Origin: Guillardia theta CCMP2712
Lineage: Eukaryota; Protista; Cryptophyta
Direction of reading: 5' to 3'
NCBI RefSeq assembly: GCF_000315625.1
Contig: NW_005434661.1
Span: 108,725-172,724, forward strand
Length of the DNA: 64,000 bases
Both the position numbers and the translations under genes were made by a program. Every line of letters begins with the position of its first letter. The first letter of the stretch is position 1. Positions 15,001 through 26,842 of the stretch are shown one piece after another. The notes under the pieces are model-generated. The model saw only the letters and a program-made list of their open reading frames with translations, ran no database searches and had not been told where the DNA came from.

Positions 15001-17169
15001 ATGCCGGTGGAGCAACCGGGAGGAGGGGAGGGGGAGGAGGATCGGAGGAGGGCAGGAGCGGAGCGGAGAGGAGAGGACATAGTTTCCTCCATGCCTACTA
15101 GTGAGATCGACAAGCTTGCTCTTCGGAAGGCGAAGGAAATGGCGAGCAGTGCCGTTTCCTCAGTGTTCCTGACACTTTGTGGGAAATCGGACGAAGAGGA
15201 CAAGTTTACAGGGTGAGCGATGACTGTATGATTGTTTGCATTCGCATCTGATTCATGCAGCCATGTATGTTCTCTCGTATGATGCACTTCTTTGTTCGCA
15301 CTTGCAGATCTGCTTCTCTCTTCCATTCTCCTGTCTTGCAGGCTTCTTTTGACATAAAATTTGCTTGCTCAGGATTCAGAAAGAGATGGATTTCCACATG
15401 CAGAAAGTCGTGGAAGAATCTTTCTCTGCTGGTATGGAAGTAGCAGAAAGGAAGGCAGCTAAGGAGAAAGCAAACAGCAGCAAACTGTTCAAAGAGAGAA
15501 CTGAGCAGATTGTGAAGGAATATGAAACGAGACTTGCATCGCAAAAAGCTGAAGATGAGGAGGAGATGACCAAGACATGTGAATCTCTTCAATCTCAAGC
15601 TGTAGCTTGCAGTGAGCTCGTCGACATGGCGGCATCCATGATCGAGACATGGTGCCAGGCGCTGGGCTCGTCTGAGATAGCGAGAAAGGGTTTGGAAGAG
15701 GAGCGGAAGCGATTGGAGGAGGAGCTGGCCTCGAGTAGAGCAGCCTTGAGTGCAGCAGAAGCGAAGCTGAGTGAGGCGATGCAGAGGATGAGGAGGAAGG
15801 AGGAGAAGGTCAAGGAGCTCGAGGCGTCTCTCTCGGGCTGCCAGCAGTCGCTGGTGGAGGTCAAGAGCAGGTGGAGGGCAGACGCCGAGCTGGTTCAGCA
15901 CCAGGTGAGCCTCTTGCTGCTTCACGACGGAGAGACGCGTGAAGGAAGGTCGCAGCTCCAGGATGAGGTCTCTGCCCGTCTCGCGGCACAGGAGGAGACG
16001 AGGGTCTGCCAGGAGGAGCTCAAGGGATTGAAGGCGTCCATCTCGCACAAGGCAGGACGCTCCGTGACTCTCCTCGGCTGTGGATGACGATGACGCAGGA
16101 GAACGTGCTTGACAACATCGACAATGGCAGCCCGGAAGACATCATCTGGAAGCTGGAGGAGGAGAGGAAACAGCTCAAGGTACCTCTGCCCTCCCTTCTT
16201 CGTGCTCGCTGAACCTGCGCTCCTCTCCCTCCCCCAACGCAGCTTCGGCTCTTGTCGTTGGAGAAGCAGGTTGCGGAGGACGAGCGAAGGCATGCCAAGG
16301 CCATGCAGCAGGTTGCTCTGCCGTTGCCCCGACGCTCCCTCACCTCCTTTGCAGCTGCAGGAGAAGCACGTTGAAACACTGCTGGCAGAGAGGAACGCCA
16401 AGGCATTCTCAGAGCAGGTCTAGATTTATTCTCCTCTCCCTCCTCCTCCTAGCCTCTCCTCGCACTGAACTGACCTCCGCAGGTCGCACAACGACTCGAG
16501 CACGAGCTCCTCCAGCTCTCGGTCAACCAGTACAAGAAATCCTGTGCACAGCAGGCTCGTCTCTTTCTCCCGTCCTCTCCTCCCCTTCCTCCTACCTGCT
16601 TCAGTTCCTTACTTTGAGCCCGCCATCCATTTGGCTCCTTCCTCCCTCCTTGCGTTCCGTTTTCTCTCCTCCCTCCTCACTCCCTGCCTCCTTTCCAGCC
16701 TTCCTCCGTCACTCACTCTCTCGCTCTTCAGACCTGGGCTCTCAAGAAGCGAGGGTACGGGAAGAAGCAGATGGACTTCCAGGTGAGACTTGAGAGCCAC
16801 CCACTGTCTTGAACAGCCCAGCAGGATTTCAGCTCGGAATACGAGAAGTTGATCGGCACAGAGACGCGGCAAACTGTGAAAGAGGAAGGGGTTCTCCCCA
16901 GCTTGCCGAGCATTCCCGACCTCTCAAGAGAACTTCTGTTTGGAGGAGGAGGAGGAGGAGGAGGAGGAATATCCTTGAAGCCGCATGCGGAGCTGCAGGT
17001 CTCGACAGCAAGGGAGAACAGCTGCCCACCGCTCAACCTGTCCTTGCTGGAGGGGCGCAGGACAGCAGCAGGCGCTGCTGCTGGGACTCCGAGCACAGAG
17101 AGGCACGAGAGGAGCCGCGTGCCCCGCCCTCCTCCCCGTGCTCACTCAAAGTTGGCAACAGCTCGTTGA
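15001..17169 (+). CDS. Multi-exon coiled-coil protein of unknown function
   Basis: Long E/K/R/L-rich heptad stretches (15365-16087 and following exons) separated by GT-AG introns; start could be 15001 or 15091. Confidence 0.6.
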
Positions 17170-20100
17170 TCAGGGCCTCTTTCTCTCTCCCTGCTTCCTC
17201 TCCAGGTTGAGGAGAAACGCGACAGCAGCCTTGGTGCCGTACTGGAGGTAACGGAAAGTTTGCCGTGCTTCCTCGTCCATGTCCTGCCCCTCCTGGGTCC
17301 GATGGGTGAGAGGCATGACGACGAGCTGCGGTGAGATCAGGGGAAGCATGAAGCCGGCGCAGCACCTGAGAGGCAGGGAGGACTTTGGTGAGGATGGAAG
17401 GGAGAGCGCTGGAGCACCCTTCATAGATGACCTGAGGCTCCTTGCGGTAGGCTAGCCGCATGGAATCGGAGAGAGCCTGAGGAGAGGAGGAGGATGAGAA
17501 AGGCAGAGTGAGGAGGAAGAGTCGACGCTTGCCTGGTACAAGGGCGTCTCACGATCTACTTCCCAGGCAGGCCAATGGGTCTGAGCATTGAGCTTGATCT
17601 GCCGCAGCTTCAGAGATCAACAGCGCAGAGGAAGAGGAAGCGAGAGCAGGGAGCAACGGCTGAGAGGAGGGCAGCAGGATCAGAGAATGTCGCACTTCAC
17701 AAGCTGTGTTCATGATGTTGGCTCCGCGGAAGAATTGCTGCGTCACTGCCTTGCTAACCTGCACCCCAGCTCAGCTCCAGCAATTCTGTTGAGCCAGGCA
17801 CCAGCTCGTGATCCACTCCAATTGGGTACCTGACGCTCAACCTCGCCAAGGGCTTGCTGGGAATCACCTGAGGTCGGCTACTCAGCGATGTCGAGCCCTC
17901 AAACTCCCCGTTTCCCCTCCATCCGTCCCTTTCTCCCCCCTCCTCCACTCCATCCTCCTTCACCTCTATCCTCTCCTCCCCCCTCCTCCCATCCCTTGTC
18001 CTCTTTGCCCTCCCCACTCCCCTCCTTCCTCACAGTTCGCATCGCCTCGTTGTCGCAGCCGGTGGAGATGCTGTGGAAGGACAGGGAGGGCTGGAACCAC
18101 GCGCGAGCCAGCATGTCCTTCTTCTCGAAGACGCTGCTGTCGAGCTGGGGCTCTACATCTCTCCAGGACTCTGGCAGCTCCTGATCCTGGAAGAGGGGGA
18201 TCAGAGACAGACAGGAAGACGGACTGAGGACGGGGTGGGGGACGAGGGAAGACCTCTTGAAAGAAGTCCAGCTCCTGGATTATCTTCTGGTGCTTCGGAT
18301 CCAATTGCCAGTCTTGCAGCTCAGGAACTTTGCGGGATCGTCAGATTCCTCCTCGTCCCCTCCTCCTTCCTCTCCTCTCTCCTTTCCTTCTCCTCCTCTT
18401 CCTTCCTCGCGGCATCCTCCCCTCCCAAGAGCACCTGCGATGGATCCATTGGGGTGGACCAGTGAGCTGCAGAACAAGTGGATCAGAGGGAAGCATCGAA
18501 ACAGACAGACAGGAAGACAGACAAACACACATACACATAGTCTTAACACGCAGCTACCTGAGCGCGTGCACGAGGGCCGCGAGCGGCTCCATCAAGACTC
18601 CGCCGAAGTAGCCGGAGTGGAGGTCAGCGAACTGAGCCTGGCGCAAGCGAGTAAAGGAGTCAACCGCAGCAGAACTGAGAGGAGGGAGAGGAGAAGTGCG
18701 GGGAATGGGAGAGGGAGGGGTGGGGGGGCGGCAAGCAGTGGATGGAAGAGGTGATGAACATTGCGAACCTGCGCTTTTGCAAAGAATGTGGAAAGTCCGC
18801 GATAGCCATGGATGATGGCAGGCTGGAAAAGAATGAGGAGGGAGGGAGGGAGAGGAGAGGAGAGGAGAGGAGAGGAGAGGAGAGGAGAGGAGAGGAGAGG
18901 AGAGGAGAGGAGAGAAGAGGAGAGGAGAGGAGAAAACCTTGTATGACTGCAAGAAGCTCTGAAAGTCGCAGTCAAAGGAAGAGAACATGAAAGCAGACTT
19001 GCAGGTGAGAGCAGGAGAAGAGGGGTGGAAAAGAGAAGAAGGAGGGGTAGCAAAGGGAAGAACGGGGAGGAGAACGCAGTCTTACTCCATCCATGATCAC
19101 GACACCAGCGTTCTTCGAGGATAGATGGCGCGACTTGACGAGGCGCTGAAGGGCTCGAGGAGAAATCATTCCTTGCCTCACATGGACCTCACTAGCTGAC
19201 GTACCTTTCTCTAGTAACGTCGTATGCGCCTCCTCCAGACAGTCGATGATGATCTCAACTTTGAAGGGGAGCGGCAGCTGGAGTTCTGCAGGCAAGTCAC
19301 AGTTCCCCTCCCCTCTCTCCTCCTTCAACTTCTTATCGCTGCAATCGCGACAATCCACACCAGCATCTTGGCGACATCTCCGCCATACCTGCATGGAGAT
19401 GATAAGAGCACCTTCAACACGCAGACATCGCATGCCCTTCAACCAAACACCTCTCCCTTCCTCGCCCCTCGCGCCAGCTCACCTGAGCTTCGACAAGTTC
19501 ACGTCCGAGTTCTCTATCAGGGAAGCGTCGCCGTCAGCGATGATCTCAGTGTCTGCCATCCCCGAGAGAAAGAGAGGCTCTGACAGCAAGAGTCAGAGCA
19601 GCACCTTCTTACAGCTCGTCCTCACGGATATGAGCGTACACGACGAGCGAGCTCTTGGAAGACGCCTCATCCTGCTCGAAGCTGGCAACAAGGACCTCGG
19701 GCAGGTTCTCATAGAACATCTCTGCGGGCAACATCAGGGCCTCCAGCATTCGACCAGCAGCCACGTCGTAGTGAGATCACCGGAGGAGTTGGGGTATAAG
19801 AGAGCAGCCTTGTCAACAGCCGGCAGGCTGTTGAAGTCATCGGGGATGTGCATGTCGTGGAATTTCCTTCCAAGAGGGCATGTCAAGGGGCAACTTTGTC
19901 ACTGACGTCTCGTCTCCTCACTGTGATAACTTGAGCCGTTGTCTCCCTGTCGGAGCTGAGTGAACTGTCGCTCCAACCTTGTCGAGAAACATCTTCATCG
20001 CTTCGATGGTCTGTTTGACATTGTGATTCACTTCTTCTCTTCAATCCCTCCCCTCCCGATCCTTTCTCCTCCCTCCTCCTCTCCTCCATCATCACCATCA

Positions 20101-22151
20101 TCACCTCCTCCTCCCCGCCCCTCAACCCTCCTCCTCCTCTTCCTCCTCCTCCTACTTTCTCCAAACTTCCCAGCTTCTGATTTCCTCTTATCCATCCGGC
20201 CTCGACTGCTTCTCCTCTCTTCCTCCTCCTTGGCCTCTCCACTTCTGTTTCCTCCAATCCTCCATCGATATGATCCTCTCACACCCCACGCTCCTCTCCT
20301 CCGGCACCGTAGTTCCGTTGCCCGCGCAAGAGTCTGCAAGCGTCATCCAGGTGCGGTAAATCTCACTCTCCATCTTGTCGATCTCAGACCAGGCGTCCTG
20401 CAGGCAAGGATCATTCAGACAAGCAAACTTCAACCTCCATTCCCTGTCTCTCAGTATCCTTCACTGCTTCTGCAGAACAGCTTGCACATGTTTCTCCAAC
20501 ACAAATACATCTTGTTTCCCATCTCTTCCCTACTTCCCAATTTTCCTCCTCAACAAACCAGCCACCAGAAACAAGAATTCGATACTTTTACCTCCAGGTG
20601 GGGAAAGTCCTTGATCTCGTCGAGGAAATTTTTGAGGTCAAGATACTCTGCGAAGATATCAGCACAACTCAGCGTCATATCTCCAATGTGTCGCACTCTC
20701 TTCTCCATTGACTTCAAACCTGCCAGGTCTGCTCTTGTCCAACCACTGCATATCTGATCAGCACTGGCAAACTACTCCCTCCCTCCCTCCATATGTCCCT
20801 CCCCTCCCCTCCCCTCCCCTCCCCTCCTCAACTCTCCCTCTTCCTACCAATGTCCCATCGTATGAAATGTTAGAAGCTATGAAGTGAGACTCTTGCGCCA
20901 TGGCTTCATGACCTCAGTCAGCAACGAGCAGGCAGGGCTTGCAATTCGTTACCAGACGCAAACACTGCTGGGTTTCTTAGCAGAGCGCTGTCCTTCACCG
21001 TCAGCGTACATGCATCATGCATGCAGACTGCGACGAATTCGTTCTAGCACGACCCTGAGCACGGAAAAGGAGCCATGGCAGTCGTACCTCGAAGAGGAAG
21101 CAGTTGCTCACGTATGCCTTAGCCCGTCCACCGATCCTCAGCCCTGCCGAAGAGAACAGCCCGCAGTCCTGTGCACGTCTGAGCGAGCAGCTCGTAGCAC
21201 ACGCCATGCTCACTTGGATGGTGCAGTCTTTCAAGGTAACGTCGGAGGAGCCCATGGCAACGACTCCATCCGTTGCCATGTCTGGCAGGAAACAACCATC
21301 TCAGTTCATCCAGAAGTCAGGACTCATCATGGTTGACCTATTCTCAAGTTGGAATCATCGCACTGCTTTCCAAAGCCCCCGATCAAACTAAATTGCAACA
21401 TCACTCTCAATAAAAGACGATGGAACGCAAACCAGTTCGAGATCTCAACCAACGAACTCTCATCGCATCTGGAAACTTCTCAAAACAGAAATCCAGGCTC
21501 ACATACAAACGACAACCTGAGCACAACAAACTCATTGCTATGCAGGATACAATTGCTCAACTTCCAGGGTCCCCCAAGAATCTTGACTCCTGCTCGTTGT
21601 CATTCACCACATTGAGGTCAGGGCCGGCCCCTCCTTGCCTGCTTCTTGACAGATGAAGGTGCTGATAACAGTCTTCCATTGAAGAGCGTGCCTGAGCAGC
21701 ATGTAAACATCAGGCATGGTGCTGATAGTGGTACCAGGATCCTCTACTTCCTTCCTCGAGGCAGAGAGGTCCTGAGAGGGGGCACTCCTCTGCTCCGATA
21801 ATCTTGAACTGTGCTTTCAGCGACACAACCTGATCTGCCGACCTGCATGAATGTCAAGCATGACAACAAGAGGAGAGGACGAAAGGGATTGCTCTACCAC
21901 ATCAGGTTCTCCTCCACCGCGTCCGGAGCTATCCGAATCACCTGCTCCTCATCCCCCGCAGCATTCCCTGAGCGTTGGTTGGCGTATCGAACTGCTGATG
22001 CAAAGTGCTGCTCGTCAGAGGAGATGGTGAATTCATGGTGTCCTCCTCCTCTGAGCCTCAGCCTTGCTGGGACACTGAGCGATGACATAGGAGCATGCTT
22101 CTCAGTCGTAAGGCAGCAAAGGAGGAGGATGAAGAGTCCGATCGCCTTCAT
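17170..22151 (-). CDS. Signal peptide + RLRLRGG presequence, right-handed beta-helix-like region and C-terminal degenerate M20 (CNDP2/Dug1-like) peptidase; probably one multi-exon gene
   Basis: M20 motifs: LPFKVEIIIDCLEE, DLHSGYFGGVLMEPLAALVHAL, RAWFQPSLSFHSI, VIPSKPLARLSVR, YRKEPQVIYEG, YGTKAAVAFL. Beta-helix-like: DGVVAMGSSDVTLKDCTI, AGLRIGGRAKAYVSNC. N-terminus MKAIGLFILLLCCLTT. Confidence 0.65.
18850..18932. repeat. (GAGAG/GAGGA)n pentanucleotide microsatellite, intronic
   Basis: Direct reading. Confidence 0.9.
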
Positions 22152-22402
22152 TGTCTGGGTACAGCCTTGCTCATGGAGGTCCGACCGAGAGAGAGATCGA
22201 GCATAGACAAGCAGCAGTCCAACATGTCAGGGTCCAGAGGAGAAGGGGAGCGGGAGCTACAAGGATGCATGTCGGGTCCTGGCCCCATCGGAACTTGCGC
22301 AGGACATGACCGGACCGGGACACCCGGCCCGGCCGGGGCCCGGGCCGTAGTCACCAGCTTCCTTTACTCCGAGTCCTCGCAGTGACCGTACTGGGGAATG
22401 GA

Positions 22403-22447
22403 GTCCTGCGCGCTGTTAAGTGAAGGTATCAGTTAAGTTTGGGGGAC
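22403..22447. repeat. 45-nt dispersed repeat, copy 2
   Basis: Matches 6361-6405 at 44/45 positions. Confidence 0.9.
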
Positions 22448-23069
22448 AGCAGTTGGCAGGATTAGGTTTGGTTCTCGCTGTCTTTTCTCTTCTCGCCGTT
22501 TGGCCCGGCAGTGCGATCGGACAGTGTCAGGGTTACTGAAGCCTCCTCGACTGAGAGTCTCCTACTGAAGTTGTCCTCGTACTGATCTTTAACTTAACTT
22601 TGAGTAAAGATTTTTAACCGTCTAACTTTGAGTAAAGAAGTCACACTGTAGTAAAATCATCGTAAACTTCCGTGACTCTCACAGGCTGCGCTGGTCACTG
22701 TCACCGCTTGGGGGGACTCGAACAACGGACGGGGGCTTGTCACGGACTCTGACTCACAACTTAAAAGCACACACCGCGCTCGCCACTGATGAGCCTCCGA
22801 CACATTAAAAAGAAACAATTATTACCCAGAACTTCTCACCGACTGCAAGAACTTATCCGGGTTCTTACAGGGGAGCAGCCACGATAGTACCTTCTTGGCT
22901 CACCCACCCCGAAGAGTAGGGTTCTTACACCAGCGTAATTATTAGAACTTAGAACTTATCCGGGCGTAATTATTAGTCATCATGTGCCTCCGAAACTATT
23001 CGGGGAGCAGCCACGATCAATCTCCTTGGCTGACCCATCCCGAAGAGTATCATGTTCAGATCTTGAGGG

Positions 23070-23078
23070 TATAAAAAG
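23070..23078 (+). promoter_or_regulatory. TATA box upstream of duplicated membrane gene (copy A); also at ~27787-27793 in copy B
   Basis: ggTATAAAAggg ~60 nt before the ATG in both copies although surrounding DNA has diverged. Confidence 0.6.
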
Positions 23079-23131
23079 GGGTTATATGAAGTTTACAGTA
23101 GAGTGTCGAAGTAAACATTCGTCGTAAAGCG

Positions 23132-24870
23132 ATGAGCCGCGCGATGGCGTGCGAGGGCGAGGAAGCCATGGAGCTGACGTGCGTCAGCGAGTCAAGTGAG
23201 CGAGAATCTGAAGCCCGAGGGACTCACAACAAACCTCTGGAGTTCTGCTACTTCTACACGCACTCGAAGGGCGACTTCCTCCAAAGCTGCATCCGGGAGA
23301 GGATAGTCTACAAGTACAAGCCCAGCGCCATCTTCTTCTCGCCTGAGCCTCTGTCTGCCGTGCTGGCCTGGCCTCGAGCACAGTTAGCCCTGGCGCTGTT
23401 GAGTGCAACATGGTTGGTCTTCATCACACTGAAGCTGCAGTCAATCCAATCTGCAGGGTATTTCTCGCTGGTGAACGAGGAAGCGAGGGTGCGAGAGTTC
23501 TCGACGGCAGCTTTTGGACGGGACCGAGAGCTTGCCTGCTCGTGGGAGCTTGTCCTCGAAATGTTCATATCCTTCCTCCTGGGTGTCTCCGGGCTTCTGA
23601 TCAGCATCCTTGCGCATACGAGTCGCATCGAGTTAGCTAAGCTGGTAAGTACATGGGTTAATTGACAGTCACCAAGAGACTGAGAGGATCGCAGTTGATG
23701 CTCGTCACCGGCTTTGTCGGCATCACGACCAATTTCATCATCTTCGTCAAGCTGACGTTACAAGGCTCTGCCAGGAGTGGGCTGAGGACGCCGAGCTGGT
23801 TCTTTTTAGTGAACGTGATGACGGTAAGTTGTGTGCGAGTGCTGGGAGCGACGCTGAGGTCACCCTGCAGGACGTGCTTTTGTTTCCTATGCCGCTGGCA
23901 GTGAACGAGAGCTGGGTGGTGGAGCTAGTGCTGCTGGACAGCATAGTCCACCTGAGTGTGGAGTTTGCGGACGGACAGCTGCCATACTTGTACATGCTGA
24001 TGGCAACCGTTGCCCTCAGCTTTCTGCTGGCGCGCGAGCGTATGAGATGGCGAGTGCTGCGGGAGATGCGTCAGGAACAAGAAGGAGCGTGGGAGGAAGA
24101 ATGGATGAAGATGCGAGGCAGCTGGGCTCTCCGGTCTCTGACGAAGGCTCTTCGAGTTGGGCCCGACTATCGGTCGTTTGCGTTCGGGTCTTTTGGTCCG
24201 ATCGTCATAGTGAGCTCAGAACGTCGTCAGGATGAGGAGGCAGAGCTGGATTACATCCCGGCTTGCAACCCCAAGACCAACACGAAGGTGCAGACGTCAC
24301 CTGACAGCCTCGACCAGCTCTACGCTCAGGCGATCCTCATCGAGCCTGTCTTCCTCCTCAAGGTCCAGGCCCTCGCCTTCGCGTCCGACGGCTACTTCCC
24401 TCTTGACAGCTGCCAGGACAGCTCCCCCGAGTACGTGCGATGGCGAGACGCGGTGAGGGACGACACGCTAGCAGACAGGGTGAGGTGGGCAGCCATCAAG
24501 AGCGCCTCTAGAGCCATCGAGAAGCTTGTGCGCGCATACAACTTTGTCAGAGCTCACGGATGTGGTGCGGCAGACGATTGTGTTTGCGGGGCTGGAGGAG
24601 CTGCTGCTGGGGGTGAAGGCGGTGCTGGACGACCCGGAGCTGGAGGTGGTGAGGATCAAGAACAGGCTCGATCCAGGCTTCGACTCGACGCTGTCGGGGG
24701 GGTACCGGGACGTGGCGATCAACGTACGAGTAGTGAGTGACGAGACGAGGAGGAGAGGGGTAGAGGGACACGTGTGCGAGCTTCAGCTGATCCTCCAAGA
24801 CTTCCATGCCCTCAAGTCCATGGACGGACACAAGAGGTACGTGCAGTTCCGCAACATCCGGTGTGAGTGA
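23132..24870 (+). pseudogene. Half-length, frameshifted copy of the membrane RelA/SpoT-like gene (6TM + one chimeric synthetase-like domain)
   Basis: Near-identical to 27852 onward but lacks ~2 kb of the middle; frame break at ~24545 (AAC TTT G TCA GAG) splits it into ORFs 23829-24740 and 24526-24870. Confidence 0.75.
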
Positions 24871-25216
24871 CGTCGAGGGCGGAGCCTCTCGCCGGGCAGT
24901 GAGAGAGGAGGGGCTTAAAGTCGAGCTTAGTAAACAAGACTGAGAGGCATCAGCTGTACACTTACCTCTCCTTTCCGAGGCCTGCCCTCGGAGCCTGAGT
25001 CGCCGCAATCCGTACTCAGTCGGACGTCATCCTACCGCGTCCGGAGCTATCCGAATCACCTGCGCCTCATCCCCCGCAGCATTCCCTGAGCGTTGGTTGG
25101 CGTATCGAACTGCTGATGCAAAGTGCTGCTCGTCAGAGGAGATGGTGAATTCATGGTGTCCTCCTCCTCTGAGCCTCAGCCTTGCTGGGACACTGACCCG
25201 CATGATATACGAGCAT

Positions 25217-25433
25217 TGTTGTATCGATGAGGATCCGGAACCACGGATACTCGTCGGATATTTCCCACCATCGCCACCATCGCCACGGCGGCTATCTCAG
25301 ATCGCCGATCCCTTGTGCGTGAAGTAGTTTACCTCCTGGCAGTAAACTTAGAGACTTCTATCTTCTGCTTCTCTATCTTCTTCATCCTTTCTTTACTCGT
25401 GTCGTTAACAATCTCTGTGTTGTGTATGCAACA
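25217..25433 (+). mobile_element. Candidate 5' LTR (217 bp)
   Basis: Begins TGTTGTAT, ends ATGCAACA (imperfect terminal inverted repeat); followed after 3 nt by TGGAAGCGAAGTGG (PBS-like); interrupts the duplicated host sequence exactly after gagcat. Confidence 0.7.
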
Positions 25434-26842
25434 TTCTGGAAGCGAAGTGGTTGATTCATGACCTCGAAACAAGGCACTCAGCCTCGATCTAAGCAATCAG
25501 GAGCATTTCAAACTGAAATTGCTGAAGAGAGTTCTGAGGAAGACTCTGAGTCGAATGGAGCGAGCGGCAGCAGCAGCAGCAGCTTTCTCCGAGTCAGACT
25601 AGTGGATCTTTGACTCAAACTTATAGAGATGGAGATGTCCCCTGCGAAGTATTCTGCGATCAGAGGAGGCAACTCAGAGAGCAACCGCCTCCCCTGCAAC
25701 ATCGGTACGTCTGCCAAGCTCGGAAAAGTTTTCATCCGACCTCGTCATGTCACTCGCCAGTGGCGCAGGACCGAGCTCTTCTCCTTCTTCGTCGAATGTA
25801 TGCCCTCCTGGCTGACACCACGCAGGACGAGCATTTCCACATCAGTGCTCGACGAGTTTGAGACAGCAGATGCTGCTGCAACACCGGAGCTCCCGCCTCT
25901 CGCACGGAAAGTCACCCTGCTAGATGCGAATGCTGATATCTATTCAGCTGAGGAATCAGCTAGCGCTGAATCCTCTGATCAGGAACCAGTCCTCTCCAAT
26001 CGGACTCTCGTGAATTTGCTGACGAACGGGGAGTCCAAGAGTTTCAATTCCAGTCGCATTCCGCTCTGTTGAAGAAGTGTTGAACCGCGAATTGATCGCT
26101 GATGGCAAGCGATTGCAACTCGCAAATGGGTCAAAAGCATCACGCCGCTGTTCACCAACGAAGTAATGGTGGTGGTAGAACGCAAGTACGGCAAGAGCCT
26201 CGAAGCAATCAACAGGCTCAAACGGGATGAATTTTCAACTTATCTTAGTTCATGTCTAGCCTCGATGCGGAAAGCCAAAAAATATCCGAGACTCAGCTTG
26301 ATCAGCTCAAGCAGCAGCCCAACGAATCCGCCTGGGCGTACTTGACTCGCGCCACAACGCTCTTCGCTACCGTGCGGCTCGAGTCGCAACTTGAAGTCGG
26401 GTCAGCTATCTTGTATTTCAATGATCAGCCACTCCGGAAATTCATCAAAGGAGCCCTCTCCGAGCAAGGACTTCAGCCTCGACCGTCCCAAGTCAGCTCA
26501 AGCCGCATCCCCCTTCATCTTGAAGGAGAACTCCAGGCTACCATCGCGTACATGCTCGATACTGCTGCGACCTTCGCCGCTTGAACCAAGCCGTTTTGAA
26601 TCAGCAGACCGCCGCAACTCCTACCGTCGATGAGATGTTGGAAAATCGGATTGCAGCGCGTTCCAGAATCTGGACGAAAAGATGGCAGCGTTGTCGCTGA
26701 TAAGGACTTGAGGAAGGCTTTGGGATCGAAGCACGGTTTCGGATGAATTTTTGAGCAGCTTGTTCAGAGTGAGCCTGAGAAGTAAACTACCGGCGTACGC
26801 ACAACCACCACATACTTGTCTATCTTCTTCATCCTTACTTTA
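25434..26842 (+). mobile_element. Degenerate LTR-retrotransposon internal region (gag remnant), truncated; no pol or 3' LTR in window
   Basis: Broken ORFs from ATG 25458; QLDQLKQQPNESAWAYLTRATTL...KFIKG resembles the retrotransposon gag L.Q...ES...Y..R motif; absent from duplication unit A. Confidence 0.65.

Noticed and set aside
25097-25327. 76-aa ORF as an independent gene
   Set aside because: Antisense read-through of a duplicated exon fragment (from 21916-22078) into the LTR
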